A stretch of DNA of 64,000 bases from an uncultured Bacilli bacterium (GTDB taxonomy: Bacteria > Bacillota_I > Bacilli_A > RFN20 > CAG-449), in NCBI GenBank assembly GCA_947595215.1, contig CANQEO010000004.1:5493-69492 (forward strand), read 5' to 3'. Shown here piece after piece: positions 27,184 through 37,199 of this stretch; the first letter of the stretch is position 1, and each line of letters opens with the position of its first letter. A program made the position numbers and the translations under genes. Under the pieces are notes generated by a model. That model saw nothing but the letters and a program-made list of their open reading frames with translations. It ran no database searches and was not told the origin of the DNA.

Positions 27184-27877
27184 AAATCTTGATTTAATTA
27201 AACGAGCACAGAATAAAGAACCAGGCGCTTTAGAAGAAGCAGTAAATAGCAATCAATTATTAATTTATTCGCTTTTAAAACGTTATCGCTACGCTAAAGA
27301 AGATCAAGAAGATCTTTTACAAGTTGCCAATATCGGTCTAATAAAAGCAATTCAAAACTTCGACTTTTCATACGAAGTTCTTTTTTCAACGTATGCAGTT
27401 CCATTAATTCTTGGTGAAATAAAGAAATATTTTCGCGAGAAACAATCACTTCATGTTTCTAGATCAACTAAAGAACTATATCAAGCTATTGTTAAAGCAC
27501 AAGAAGAATTAGAAAAAAATCTGAATCGTAATGTCACTTTAAGTGATATTAGTGAACATTTAAATGTTTCGATTGAAGATATTGTTTACGCCTACGAATC
27601 ACAGTATCGTCCTTGTTCTTTAGATAGTAATCTTAAGGATGAAGATGATATTACTTTATTGGATACAATAAAAGATAAAAATAGCGATTTTACTAATAAT
27701 CTCGAACTCAAATTTGCGTTAGAAAAATTGGAACCGAAGGAGCGTCTGTTTGTTGAATTAAGATTTTTTCAAGGCTTAAAACAAAGTGAAATTGCTGAAA
27801 GACTCTTCGTCTCGCAAGTACAAATTTCACGTATTGAAAGAAAGATTATCGATAAGCTTCGTGAATTATTAGAATGA
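27167..27877 (+). CDS. sigF: Sporulation sigma factor SigF
   Basis: Sigma-70 regions 2-4 (YAVPLILGEIKKYFR, SQVQISRIERK). The start is ambiguous between the ATG at 27167 and the TTG at 27146; neither has a strong Shine-Dalgarno. Confidence 0.9.
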   Translation: MEQLAENLDLIKRAQNKEPGALEEAVNSNQLLIYSLLKRYRYAKEDQEDLLQVANIGLIKAIQNFDFSYEVLFSTYAVPLILGEIKKYFREKQSLHVSRSTKELYQAIVKAQEELEKNLNRNVTLSDISEHLNVSIEDIVYAYESQYRPCSLDSNLKDEDDITLLDTIKDKNSDFTNNLELKFALEKLEPKERLFVELRFFQGLKQSEIAERLFVSQVQISRIERKIIDKLRELLE

Positions 27878-27885
27878 TGACAAAA

Positions 27886-27919
27886 AGAAAAAGTTCAGGC
27901 AACTCGCTTGAACTTTTTT
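27886..27919. terminator. Bidirectional terminator between sigF (+) and deoC (-)
   Basis: AAAAAGTTCA-N11-TGAACTTTTTT, with A and T runs on both sides. Confidence 0.75.
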
Positions 27920-28583
27920 AATACTCTCTTTTTATTTGCTTTAATTCTTGGACGATTTTTACACCAGAAGATGTTCCGATACGATTAGCGCCAGCCGCAA
28001 TCATTTTTAGGAAATCTTCCTTAGTTCTAATGCCACCAGATGCCTTAACACCACACTTATCTTTAACTGTTTCACGCATTAGTTTAACATCGTGTTCAGT
28101 GGCCCCACCAGTTGAAAAGCCCGTTGAAGTCTTAACAAAATCCGCTCCCGCTTCTAAAGAAAGACGGCATGCTCTTTCTTTTTCTTCATCAGTTAAAAGA
28201 CAAGTTTCAATAATTACTTTTAGAATGCAATTCGGAACAGCTTTTCTCACTTCTTCGATATCATGTTTTACATATCTATCATCTTTCTCTTTTAAACGAG
28301 AAATGTTGATTACCATATCGATTTCTTTAGCTCCTTCAAAAGCCGCTTCTGCTGCTTCTGCTGCTTTTGCAACTATAGAAGTTGCACCTAAAGGAAATCC
28401 AATTACAGTACATACTTTGACATCGGTATCTTTCAATTCCCTAACTGCCAAAGCAACATAACTAGGATTAACACAAACAGAAGCAAAATCGTATTTTTTA
28501 GCCTCAGCACATAAGTTAAGAATTTGCGCATCAGTAGCATCCGCTTTTAATAATGTGTGATCAATGTATTTACTATAGTTCAT
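27918..28583 (-). CDS. deoC: Deoxyribose-phosphate aldolase
   Basis: [35 protein letters not shown] and VKASGGIR are all conserved. The ATG at 28583 gives the usual short N-terminus. The GTG at 28598 and the track start at 28682 are alternatives. Confidence 0.9.
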   Translation of the reverse strand: MNYSKYIDHTLLKADATDAQILNLCAEAKKYDFASVCVNPSYVALAVRELKDTDVKVCTVIGFPLGATSIVAKAAEAAEAAFEGAKEIDMVINISRLKEKDDRYVKHDIEEVRKAVPNCILKVIIETCLLTDEEKERACRLSLEAGADFVKTSTGFSTGGATEHDVKLMRETVKDKCGVKASGGIRTKEDFLKMIAAGANRIGTSSGVKIVQELKQIKREY

Positions 28584-28847
28584 AAATAGGTATATCACTT
28601 TTAGTGATATCTCCTCCTTTTCTATATTTATTATATCAAAAAAGTTATTAAAATCTACACTGAGTTTCCGAGAATGAATCAAAAAATGTCCTAGTCTATA
28701 TAATAGGCTAAACCTTTAAAATTAATTTATTTAATTATTAGTCGTGCAATGATCCCTTTCGCTTAAGTTATCAATCTATTATTAAAATAATTATTTGCCA
28801 GAGTAATAATATCTTTGACACCTCGATAAAATGTAAGCTTCTTAAAA

Positions 28848-28869
28848 CAAAAAAAGACCCTCAGGTCTT
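28848..28869 (-). terminator. Rho-independent terminator after rpmF
   Basis: On the minus strand: AAGACC-TGAG-GGTCTT followed by a T run. Confidence 0.7.
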
Positions 28870-28879
28870 AATTTACTAA

Positions 28880-29062
28880 TTAGTCATTTTTAACATTGAC
28901 TACTTGTTTTCCATCATAGTAGCCACATTTTGGACACACGCGGTGTGAAACTATTTTCTCCCCACAATGTTTGCAAGTAACTAAACCACTCACATGAAGT
29001 TTAAAATGAGTTCTACGCATTCTTTTAGTAGTTTTAGATGTTCTTCTCGCTGGAACTGCCAT
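28880..29062 (-). CDS. rpmF: 50S ribosomal protein L32
   Basis: [22 protein letters not shown] plus a CxxC...CxxC zinc ribbon. Confidence 0.95.
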   Translation of the reverse strand: MAVPARRTSKTTKRMRRTHFKLHVSGLVTCKHCGEKIVSHRVCPKCGYYDGKQVVNVKND

Positions 29063-29166
29063 CTTTACACACCTCCTAAATCTTTAAGACACGCTTGTTA
29101 TTATATCTAAGACATATAATAGTGTCAACAAAATTAATTTCAAAACTTTAATTTGAAACTAGGTTT

Positions 29167-30435
29167 TTAATGGCTTTTTTGATATATCGTTTTTATGAAC
29201 TGGCCTGTGATATCTTTAGTGCTTTTTATTCTCACTTCAAGATAGTTAGAAGTAAGACCTTTATAACACTCATTTTTTTGATCATAGCCTTCAATTAAAC
29301 ATTCTACTTCTTTGTTTTCAAAGAGATTTTCATATTTGTTTTCAAGTTCTTTACCCAATTCAATCAAGCGACGAACTCTTTCTTTTTTAGTTTGAGAAGA
29401 GATTTGCCCATCCATTTTTGCCGCTCTGGTACCTGGACGAATTGAATAAGGAAAAACGTGAAGAAAAGCAAAATCACACTTTTTGATAAATTCGTATGTT
29501 TCTATAAATTCCTCTTCGGTTTCTTGAGGAAAACCTACGATAACATCACAAGCAAGTGCGATATCAGGTAATCTTGATTTCAATGCTACAATTCTTTCAT
29601 AAAATTGATCGACATCGTATTTACGATTCATTCTCTTTAATACCGTATTAGACCCAGATTGCAAGGGAATATGCAAATGTCTAGCGATACGTTCATTATT
29701 TGCGATAAGATCAATTAATTCATCACTAATTTGGCTCGCTTCAATTGAAGAAATTCTTATTCTTCTTAAACTTGGAACTTCTTCGAGAATCGTTTTTAGT
29801 AAGGTAACAAAATCAATGTTACCTAAATCTTTTCCATAGTTTGCCGTATCAATACCAGTTAATACGATTTCATTATAGTTATTGGACACAAGACGTTTTA
29901 CTTCTAAGATGATATCTTGAGGGTTCCGCGAACGCGATTTACCACGTGTAAATGGAATGATACAATATGAGCAAAAATTATCACAACCATCTTGGATTTT
30001 CAAAAAAGCTCTCGTGTTCTCTTCAAATTTATCAATCTTTAAGCATTCATAATCGCGATGACGAGTTAAATATTCATTCGATATGATTTCATCACCGCTT
30101 TCAAATATTTTAAGTTTTTCAATAATCTTACCTTTATCGGAGGTACCCAAAACAATATCAGCCTCTTGATTTTTTAAAAGTAATCCAGCATCTAATTCAG
30201 CATAACAACCCATAATAACGCGAATTGCATTTGGATTGTCTTTACTTAGTGAATGAAGCTTTTGACGAGATTTATCAGCGCCAATTTTAGTTACAGCACA
30301 AGAATTGACAATAATAATATCAGCACTTTCTTCTTTAGCCTCTCGATATCCGTTTTGTATTAATAATTCTCGGACCGCCTCGCTTTCATAAGAATTTACC
30401 TTACAGCCCAAAGTTGCAATTTTAAAGTATTTCAT
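29167..30435 (-). CDS. mtaB: tRNA (t6A37) methylthiotransferase MtaB
   Basis: TLGCKVNSYES N-terminus, radical SAM CDNFCSYC, and a TRAM C-terminus. Lies in the prmA/rsmE/mtaB neighbourhood. Confidence 0.85.
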   Translation of the reverse strand: MKYFKIATLGCKVNSYESEAVRELLIQNGYREAKEESADIIIVNSCAVTKIGADKSRQKLHSLSKDNPNAIRVIMGCYAELDAGLLLKNQEADIVLGTSDKGKIIEKLKIFESGDEIISNEYLTRHRDYECLKIDKFEENTRAFLKIQDGCDNFCSYCIIPFTRGKSRSRNPQDIILEVKRLVSNNYNEIVLTGIDTANYGKDLGNIDFVTLLKTILEEVPSLRRIRISSIEASQISDELIDLIANNERIARHLHIPLQSGSNTVLKRMNRKYDVDQFYERIVALKSRLPDIALACDVIVGFPQETEEEFIETYEFIKKCDFAFLHVFPYSIRPGTRAAKMDGQISSQTKKERVRRLIELGKELENKYENLFENKEVECLIEGYDQKNECYKGLTSNYLEVRIKSTKDITGQFIKTIYQKSH

Positions 30436-31249
30436 CAGCTTCTTTTCCTTTACGATAAATCTTCGTCTTTTTAATCATTCTAATTGAAAGTCTGCGATAA
30501 AGCGCATGGTGCATACGACGACTAATAAATCCATTTTTACGTAGACAATCGATAAATTTATTACGATCTAAATTGTAAAAAGCCTCCACCACTTCGTTGA
30601 TTCGGCGTAAGATGTGGTGATGGTTAGGATGTTTAATATATTTATCAAATAACATAATTTTAAAATCCAATCGCCCTTGATCGTTAATAATATAGATCGT
30701 TTCAAAATCAGGATGATAAAAGGCACAAGATTTAGTATCACTCTTAATTTTGATTAAAGATGTAAAACTACTATCGTATATCTCATAACCTAATTGATCT
30801 AGAAAATCATAACAAGCTGAAGAAGGGTCTTCGTTAAGACGATCGTAGGGATAAGATAATAATTTTTCAGGTTCGTTTAAATATATATAATTTAGAGAAT
30901 TTGAGAAAAATGGTATAACGATATGATTCAAATTTGAAAGCATGAAAGGTTTCGATTCCATCAAGAACTTAACCTCACGTTCCATAAAGTCCTCAACGCT
31001 GATTTCATTTTGGTTTTCAGCACGATTTTTAATACCTTTAAGGTAACGTTCAATAGTTTCTTTATTATCGAGACCTTTGATGATAATATTGGCAAGAATA
31101 ATACGGAAATCTTCATCGTAATCATTTAACTTATAGATTTCTGCAAGTTTGTTTAAACGTCCATAATTTGTAAGATAAAATTCAAAATCATCAGTATCTC
31201 TAAGACGACGATAATTATCGCCACCTAACCAATCAAATGTGAAGTTCAT
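30422..31249 (-). CDS. Hypothetical protein (275 aa), translationally coupled between rsmE and mtaB
   Basis: Its start overlaps the rsmE stop by 4 nt and its stop overlaps the mtaB start by 14 nt. No recognisable motif. Confidence 0.5.
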   Translation of the reverse strand: MNFTFDWLGGDNYRRLRDTDDFEFYLTNYGRLNKLAEIYKLNDYDEDFRIILANIIIKGLDNKETIERYLKGIKNRAENQNEISVEDFMEREVKFLMESKPFMLSNLNHIVIPFFSNSLNYIYLNEPEKLLSYPYDRLNEDPSSACYDFLDQLGYEIYDSSFTSLIKIKSDTKSCAFYHPDFETIYIINDQGRLDFKIMLFDKYIKHPNHHHILRRINEVVEAFYNLDRNKFIDCLRKNGFISRRMHHALYRRLSIRMIKKTKIYRKGKEADEIL

Positions 31250-31962
31250 TGTCCTTCCTCCTCAAGATAAAGCATCAAAGCACTCATCATTGTTATTGCA
31301 GCAGTCTCGCTTCGTAAAATTCTTCTTCCAAGAGAAACGCTACAATATCTTGCCTTTTGTAAATATGTGACTTCATCTTCATCAAAGCCACCTTCTGCAC
31401 CGACCACTAAGGAGATACTATCACCTTTAGAAATATTTTTTAGATTTGATATAAAACCGCATTGTTTTTCATTTTCATAAGCGATAAACCGATGTTTTAC
31501 ATCGTAAGAAGGAATTTCTTTTAAACTACAAATTTCGACAGTAGGTACAAAATTTCTTTTGCTTTGTTCAGCAGCCTCAGTAGCTATTTTTTGAAATCTA
31601 AATAGTTTTCTAGTACGATCTTCCATTTTTATTTTAACCACTGTTCTTTTAGATTCAACTAACACGATTTTACTAATTCCGAGTTCCGTAGCTTTTTGAA
31701 TAACTAATTCATTTTTATCACCTTTAGCTAAGCAATAGAAAAGTATTATATCATAATCAAGTTCATGATTATCATTTAATTTTTTAATTAATAAAGTCTT
31801 AAACGGATTCAAATATTCAATTTTTGCTAAATAAGTTGCTCCATCTGAAACTACCTCAAAAGTTTCTCCTACTTTAGCGCGCATTACCTTTAATAGATGA
31901 TGTTGTTGATTATCATCCAATAAAACTTTTCCATCCTCAACAGGCGCAAAATAACGTTGCAT
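31246..31962 (-). CDS. rsmE: 16S rRNA (uracil1498-N3)-methyltransferase RsmE
   Basis: MQRYF... N-terminus with a PUA-like domain, then the SPOUT C-terminus (VGAEGGF, LGRRILRSETA). Confidence 0.88.
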   Translation of the reverse strand: MQRYFAPVEDGKVLLDDNQQHHLLKVMRAKVGETFEVVSDGATYLAKIEYLNPFKTLLIKKLNDNHELDYDIILFYCLAKGDKNELVIQKATELGISKIVLVESKRTVVKIKMEDRTRKLFRFQKIATEAAEQSKRNFVPTVEICSLKEIPSYDVKHRFIAYENEKQCGFISNLKNISKGDSISLVVGAEGGFDEDEVTYLQKARYCSVSLGRRILRSETAAITMMSALMLYLEEEGQ

Positions 31963-31964
31963 TT

Positions 31965-32798
31965 TTAATCCTCATAATGCTCTTTTAAAAATGCAATTTC
32001 ACGAGCATAGCCATCCAAATCATTTGGTGTTTCAAGAATAAATGGCAAATTTTTTAAGTGTGGATTATTGATTACTTTTATTAAAGCTTCATTTCCGATA
32101 TGACCTTCTCCAATTTTAGCATGTCGGTCTTTATGTGCTCCGCGTGGATTCATTGAATCGTTTAAGTGAATAGCTTTTAAACGATCTAATCCGATTATTT
32201 TATCGAAAGTTCCTAAAACACCATCTAAGTCATTAACAATATCATATCCGCCTTCATGAACGTGGCAAGTATCTAGTAAAACACCGATTTTATCTTTAAG
32301 TTTTACTCCGTCAATAATTCGTTTAAGCTCCTCGAAGTTACGACCGATTTCACTACCTTTTCCCGCCATTGTTTCAAGAAGAACAATTGTATTTTGATCT
32401 TCGCTTAACGAATCATTTAATGCATCGATAATAAATTGAATTCCTACATCTTCACCTTGGCCAACATGACTTCCCGGATGAAAGTTGTAGTAATTTCCTT
32501 TAATATATTCCATTCGTTTTAAATCATCCTTAAAAGTTCTAAGTGCAAAATCACGAATAGATTGATCTTTGGAGCATAGATTCAATGTGTAAGAAGCATG
32601 AGCGATAATTTTGTCGATTCCTAATTCATCTTTAAACCTTAAGAAGTTTTTAATATCGATAGGATCAATATCTTTTGCATCACCTCCACGAGGATTTCTC
32701 GTAAAGAATTGAAAGGTGTTCGCTCCGATTGTTTTAGCCTCTTCTAACATGTGAGTAAATCCATTAGATGAAGATAAATGACAGCCTATTTTTAACAT
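31965..32798 (-). CDS. nfo: Endonuclease IV (AP endonuclease)
   Basis: TIM-barrel xylose-isomerase-like fold with [21 protein letters not shown] and ILETP motifs. Confidence 0.9.
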   Translation of the reverse strand: MLKIGCHLSSSNGFTHMLEEAKTIGANTFQFFTRNPRGGDAKDIDPIDIKNFLRFKDELGIDKIIAHASYTLNLCSKDQSIRDFALRTFKDDLKRMEYIKGNYYNFHPGSHVGQGEDVGIQFIIDALNDSLSEDQNTIVLLETMAGKGSEIGRNFEELKRIIDGVKLKDKIGVLLDTCHVHEGGYDIVNDLDGVLGTFDKIIGLDRLKAIHLNDSMNPRGAHKDRHAKIGEGHIGNEALIKVINNPHLKNLPFILETPNDLDGYAREIAFLKEHYED

Positions 32799-32910
32799 CC
32801 TATCACTCCATTTCTACGCTAATATTATCATATACCTAAGAAATTTTCATTAAATATTATATAGTAATATTTAAATATTCATAGTATACTTTTTTATAAT
32901 TGAGGTATTT

Positions 32911-34164
32911 ATGAAAAGAAATAAATTTATTCTATGTATTTCAAGTATCTTGCTTTTGACTACTTCATGCTTCAATAAAGATTTCATAGATTCATCTATT
33001 GAGTCTAATAGTATAGAAGATAGTTCTTTTACATTTGATTCAGTAAATTCTGAAAAATCATCTAGTAATAACGATACACTTAGTGAAGAGTTAAGTGATG
33101 ACTCAAGTGATACTTTTAGTGAAAGTTTATCTAGTATTAGTGAAGAGATAAATCATAAAACTCACTATTTTGTACCTATTGGTACTGAAAATCAAAATTT
33201 AGAAGTAACTTATTTTCAATTAGAAAACTCTAATTCTAAAATTCAATGTGGTGATGCAACTTATATTAAAATCGGAGACATCGATATTATTATTGATGCT
33301 GGAGAAAAAAGAATAGGTAGCGATATAGTAGTTCCTTTCCTGAAAGAACATGTTAAGGATAGTCGTATCGAATTAGTGATTACTACTCATACTGATTCTG
33401 ATCATATCGGTGGGATGGTCGGATTATCCGGTAAAGAAAGTGTTCTATCTATTAACGATTTTACCTATGACACAATTATTGATTGCGGCTTTATACCCGG
33501 TACAATAGTAGTCGAGGATTATTATAAATTAGTAGAAACCTTAGTAGAAAAAGGTGCAAATTATTATACGTATTATGACATGATTTTAAATGATGATGTT
33601 CCCTCTAACTTCTACCTTGGGAAAGATGCAAGTTTGAATTTATTAGACACTAAATTTTATGAACAATATATGAACTTAAGTTTAGAGGAAATGAAAAAAA
33701 AGAATAGTAATTCAACTTTTAAAAATAATTGTTCAGTACCTTTCCTATTAACGCATGGTTCTAACACTTTTCTTTTTGCGGGAGATTGTGAAAGTAGCAC
33801 TGAAAAAGCTCTTGTCGATTATAATAATCTTCCAGAAATTGATGTTTTCAAAGCTAATCACCATGGTTCAGAAACATCAAATACTAATTACCTATTAGAT
33901 GTTATTTTACCCAAAAACGTAATTATTGAATCAACCAAAACTAATCAATATAATCTTCCATCGAAAGTAATTCTTGACCGTTTAAAAGAGTACACTTTAA
34001 ATGTTTATACCCCTTTCATCAATGGTAATATTTATGTGACAAGTAATATGAAAGAATTAAACTTTACTTGCGAAGGTTTCTATGATTATGCTACCAACAC
34101 AATTACACCTGGAAGTGAACAAATACAATCGATTTATGAAACTGATTATTATGTAAATAGCTAA
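32911..34164 (+). CDS. Lipoprotein with a Ser/Asp-rich linker and a ComEC-type metallo-beta-lactamase-fold domain
   Basis: Lipobox LLLTTSC. Low-complexity S/D/E linker. MBL motif ITTHTDSDHIGG and a later FKANHHGS, as in the ComEC C-terminal domain. Confidence 0.7.
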   Translation: MKRNKFILCISSILLLTTSCFNKDFIDSSIESNSIEDSSFTFDSVNSEKSSSNNDTLSEELSDDSSDTFSESLSSISEEINHKTHYFVPIGTENQNLEVTYFQLENSNSKIQCGDATYIKIGDIDIIIDAGEKRIGSDIVVPFLKEHVKDSRIELVITTHTDSDHIGGMVGLSGKESVLSINDFTYDTIIDCGFIPGTIVVEDYYKLVETLVEKGANYYTYYDMILNDDVPSNFYLGKDASLNLLDTKFYEQYMNLSLEEMKKKNSNSTFKNNCSVPFLLTHGSNTFLFAGDCESSTEKALVDYNNLPEIDVFKANHHGSETSNTNYLLDVILPKNVIIESTKTNQYNLPSKVILDRLKEYTLNVYTPFINGNIYVTSNMKELNFTCEGFYDYATNTITPGSEQIQSIYETDYYVNS

Positions 34165-34167
34165 TAA

Positions 34168-34209
34168 ACAAAAAGACTCTTGTACAATATTGTACTTGAG
34201 CCTTTTTTT
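34168..34209. terminator. Bidirectional terminator between the MBL lipoprotein gene (+) and clpB (-)
   Basis: An A run, then CTCTTGTACA-ATAT-TGTACTTGAG (imperfect), then a T run. Confidence 0.65.
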
Positions 34210-34210
34210 A

Positions 34211-36760
34211 TCATTTAAAAATAAATTTTCCGTTTTGATAATCAATTGTCACTTTTGACTTTTCATGTATATTTCCTTTAAGTATTTCACTAGCTAAAGG
34301 TGTCTCAATTTCTTTTTGAATATAGCGTTTTAAAGGACGCGCTCCATATATTCTATCAAATCCAGTCTCCGCTAAATGTTGTAGTGCCATTTCAGTAATT
34401 TCGAGAGAAATTGACATTTTTTCTAAACGATGTTCTAATTCATCTATAAATTTTTTTGCAATCTTTTGAATCATTTCCGATTCTAATGGTTTAAAGAAAA
34501 TTATTTCATCAATTCTATTTAAAAATTCTGGTTTAAAACGTTCCTTTAACTCTTGTTGAACTTTATTGAGATTTTTATCATTATATCCATCTAATAGATA
34601 TGTTGAGCCAATATTACTGGTCATAATTAAAATCGTATTTTTAAAATCAACTATTCTTCCTTTAGAATCAGTTAAACGACCATCATCTAATACTTGAAGA
34701 AGAATATTAAACACATCTGGATGAGCTTTTTCGATTTCATCAAGAAGCACGATTGAATATGGTTTTCTTCTTACAGCTTCAGTTAATTGTCCACCTTCTT
34801 CATATCCAACATATCCTGGAGGAGCACCTAAAAGGCGAGAAACCGAAAATTTTTCCATATATTCTGACATATCTATGCGAATAATTTGTGCTTCAGAATC
34901 AAATAAATTAGCTGCAAGGGCTTTTGCAACCTCAGTCTTACCAACACCTGTAGGTCCTAAGAAAAGAAAACTACCGATTGGACGATGTTCATCATTAATT
35001 CCCGCTCTTGAGCGAAGAATCGCATCACTCACTTTAATAAGCGCTTCATCTTGACCGATAACTCTTTTACTTAAAGAATCTTTTAATCCCAATATTTTAT
35101 CAGTTTCACTCTTTTTTAATTTATTAAGAGGAATACCAGTCCATTTAGAGACGACTTTTGCGATATCTTCTTCTTTTACAACCTCATCAAGCATCTTTTC
35201 TTTGTTGTTACTCTCACTGGATTCAATCAATTTTTCTAATTCTGGTATTGTCTGGTATTGAATTCGAGCTGCTTTTTCATAATCGGCATTATTTAAAGCA
35301 TGTTCCAAATCAAGTTTTGCTTTTTCGAGATCTTGCTTAGCGCTTTTAGAACGATACAATTCTTCTTTTTCTTTTTCCCACTTAGCTTTAACTTCAGTTT
35401 GTTTTTGCGTAAGTTCTGCAATTTCTTTATCCATCTTTTTAAGTCGATTAATTGCAATTTCACTATTTTCTTTGCTCAAGGATACTCTTTCAATTTGGAG
35501 TTGCATTAATTTTCGATTGATTTCGTCTAATTCAACTGGTAAAGAATCTATTTGCATTCTTGTAGCCGCACATGCTTCATCAATTAAATCGATAGCCTTA
35601 TCTGGTAAAAAACGGTCGGAAATATATCGTTTAGAAAGGCTAGCAGCCGCTACAAGCGCAGAGTCTAAAATCTTAACACCATGGTGCGATTCGTAACGCT
35701 CTTTTAAACCACGTAAAATTGAAATAGTATCTTCTAGAGTCGATTCATCGACAAGAACCTTTTGCATTCTTCTCTCAAAAGCTGGATCTTTTTCGATGTA
35801 TTTGCGATATTCATCTAAAGTAGTAGCGCCAATACAATGAAGTTCACCACGAGCAAGCATTGGTTTTAATAAATTAGCAGCATCCATAGCACCATCGGTT
35901 TTACCCGCACCAATCAATGTATGAATTTCATCGATAAAAAGAATTATATTTCCTTCCGATTTTTTAATTTCATTTAAAGTTGCTTTTAATCTTTCTTCAA
36001 ATTCGCCACGATATTTAGCACCAGCAATTAACGCTCCCAAATCTAATTCATATATTGTTTTATCCTTTAGTGAAAATGGAACATCACCTTTAAAAATTCT
36101 CCATGCTAAACCTTCTACTATCGCTGTTTTACCGACGCCTGGTTCACCAATTAATACAGGATTATTTTTACTTTTTCGTGATAATATTTCAATCACTCTT
36201 CTAATTTCCTCATCTCTACCGATTACTGGATCAATTTTACCACGCGCAACATCTAGTGTTAAATCACGACCATACTTTTCAAGAACTTCATATTTTTGTT
36301 CTGGATTTTGATCTTCGACATGATTATTTCCACGAATCATTTTAATCGCTTCCTCAAATTTTCTTTGCTCAAAATTTGGTATTTTAGTAAGTTTGCTGAC
36401 TAATGAATGTCGTGAATCAAATAGTGCTAATATTAAATGCTCTACACTTAAATATGAATCTTTATATTCGTTCATATATTTGCGCGCATTATATATTAGG
36501 TTATTTAAATCAGTTGAAAGATATTGTTGAGAAACACTATTTGATTTTGCTCTCCCATCGACATACTCATTAATAATTTGATTAACAGCGTTTATCTTTA
36601 CTCCAACTTTAGATGCAATGTTAATTAGCATCGATTCTGGATCATCAATCATCGCTTTTAGTAAATGCGAAATATCTATTTCGCTACTTGCATTATCTTT
36701 AGCAATAATGCTTGCTTGATTAAGTAAATTAATAACTTTTTCTGTCATATTATTTTCCAT
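34211..36760 (-). CDS. clpB: ATP-dependent chaperone / disaggregase ClpB
   Basis: 849 aa with two AAA+ modules (GEPGVGKT, GPTGVGKT) separated by a long coiled-coil middle domain. GGGGTG Shine-Dalgarno 8 nt before the ATG. Confidence 0.95.
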   Translation of the reverse strand: MENNMTEKVINLLNQASIIAKDNASSEIDISHLLKAMIDDPESMLINIASKVGVKINAVNQIINEYVDGRAKSNSVSQQYLSTDLNNLIYNARKYMNEYKDSYLSVEHLILALFDSRHSLVSKLTKIPNFEQRKFEEAIKMIRGNNHVEDQNPEQKYEVLEKYGRDLTLDVARGKIDPVIGRDEEIRRVIEILSRKSKNNPVLIGEPGVGKTAIVEGLAWRIFKGDVPFSLKDKTIYELDLGALIAGAKYRGEFEERLKATLNEIKKSEGNIILFIDEIHTLIGAGKTDGAMDAANLLKPMLARGELHCIGATTLDEYRKYIEKDPAFERRMQKVLVDESTLEDTISILRGLKERYESHHGVKILDSALVAAASLSKRYISDRFLPDKAIDLIDEACAATRMQIDSLPVELDEINRKLMQLQIERVSLSKENSEIAINRLKKMDKEIAELTQKQTEVKAKWEKEKEELYRSKSAKQDLEKAKLDLEHALNNADYEKAARIQYQTIPELEKLIESSESNNKEKMLDEVVKEEDIAKVVSKWTGIPLNKLKKSETDKILGLKDSLSKRVIGQDEALIKVSDAILRSRAGINDEHRPIGSFLFLGPTGVGKTEVAKALAANLFDSEAQIIRIDMSEYMEKFSVSRLLGAPPGYVGYEEGGQLTEAVRRKPYSIVLLDEIEKAHPDVFNILLQVLDDGRLTDSKGRIVDFKNTILIMTSNIGSTYLLDGYNDKNLNKVQQELKERFKPEFLNRIDEIIFFKPLESEMIQKIAKKFIDELEHRLEKMSISLEITEMALQHLAETGFDRIYGARPLKRYIQKEIETPLASEILKGNIHEKSKVTIDYQNGKFIFK

Positions 36761-36775
36761 TAAAATATCACCCCT

Positions 36776-36802
36776 TTAGCACTTATTATATCCAAGTGCT
36801 AA
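36776..36802 (-). promoter_or_regulatory. CIRCE operator 1 in the clpB leader
   Basis: TTAGCACTT-N9-AAGTGCTAA, between the -10 box and the start codon. Confidence 0.85.
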
Positions 36803-36806
36803 AATA

Positions 36807-36834
36807 AGTATACCACCATTTTTAGCAGTGTCAA
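36807..36834 (-). promoter_or_regulatory. SigA-type promoter of clpB
   Basis: On the minus strand: TTGACA (36834-36829), 16 nt spacer, TATACT (36812-36807). Confidence 0.7.
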
Positions 36835-36848
36835 TATTTGAGTGCTAA
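36822..36848 (-). promoter_or_regulatory. CIRCE operator 2 overlapping the clpB -35 box
   Basis: TTAGCAGTG-N9-GAGTGCTAA; one arm is a perfect match to the consensus. Confidence 0.8.
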
Positions 36849-36863
36849 ATTTTTTAACTTGTA

Positions 36864-37099
36864 AAATTTAATCATCTTTCTCACTTTTAAATCAATCTAT
36901 TTTCGCTTATTTTCATAAATATCCCTATGTCTAAATAACAAATATAGTTAAGACATAGTTTTTTTTCGGAAGGATTTATTTTATCATTATTATTAGTTTA
37001 TTTAATAAATAGAAATAGAAAAAAGATTACTCTAAGTAAGAGTAATCCATAGCCAATATTAATATATTAATTTGAGCAAGTAATGAGTAAAGTGCAAGG
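36864..37099. repeat. Copy 2 of the 236-bp perfectly duplicated non-coding module (partner at 2145..2380)
   Basis: Identical to copy 1 at every position I compared. Same orientation and same position relative to the CIRCE promoter. Confidence 0.9.
37018..37047 (-). terminator. Rho-independent terminator after the antiporter gene (inside repeat copy 2)
   Basis: The same GATTACTCT-TACTT-AGAGTAATC plus TTTTTT hairpin as at 2299..2328. Confidence 0.7.
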
Positions 37100-37199
37100 T
37101 ACAACTTTCCTTTTTACTCTTCTTGTTTTTTATAATAAATTAATTAATATTATTTTTACTGAATATCAACAAAATACTTTATTTTTCTAAGGATCTTTT

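Noticed and set aside
28030-28461. 143-aa plus-strand ORF
   Set aside because: It lies entirely antisense to the well-supported deoC gene. It has a low-complexity Ser/Ala/Pro composition typical of shadow ORFs.
37083-37190. 35-codon plus-strand ORF (MSKVQGTTFLFTLLVFYNK...) starting inside repeat copy 2
   Set aside because: The equivalent ORF in copy 1 (starting at 2364) stops after 11 codons because the sequence diverges right after the repeat. The SD is weak. It is not conserved between the copies, so it is unlikely to be coding.
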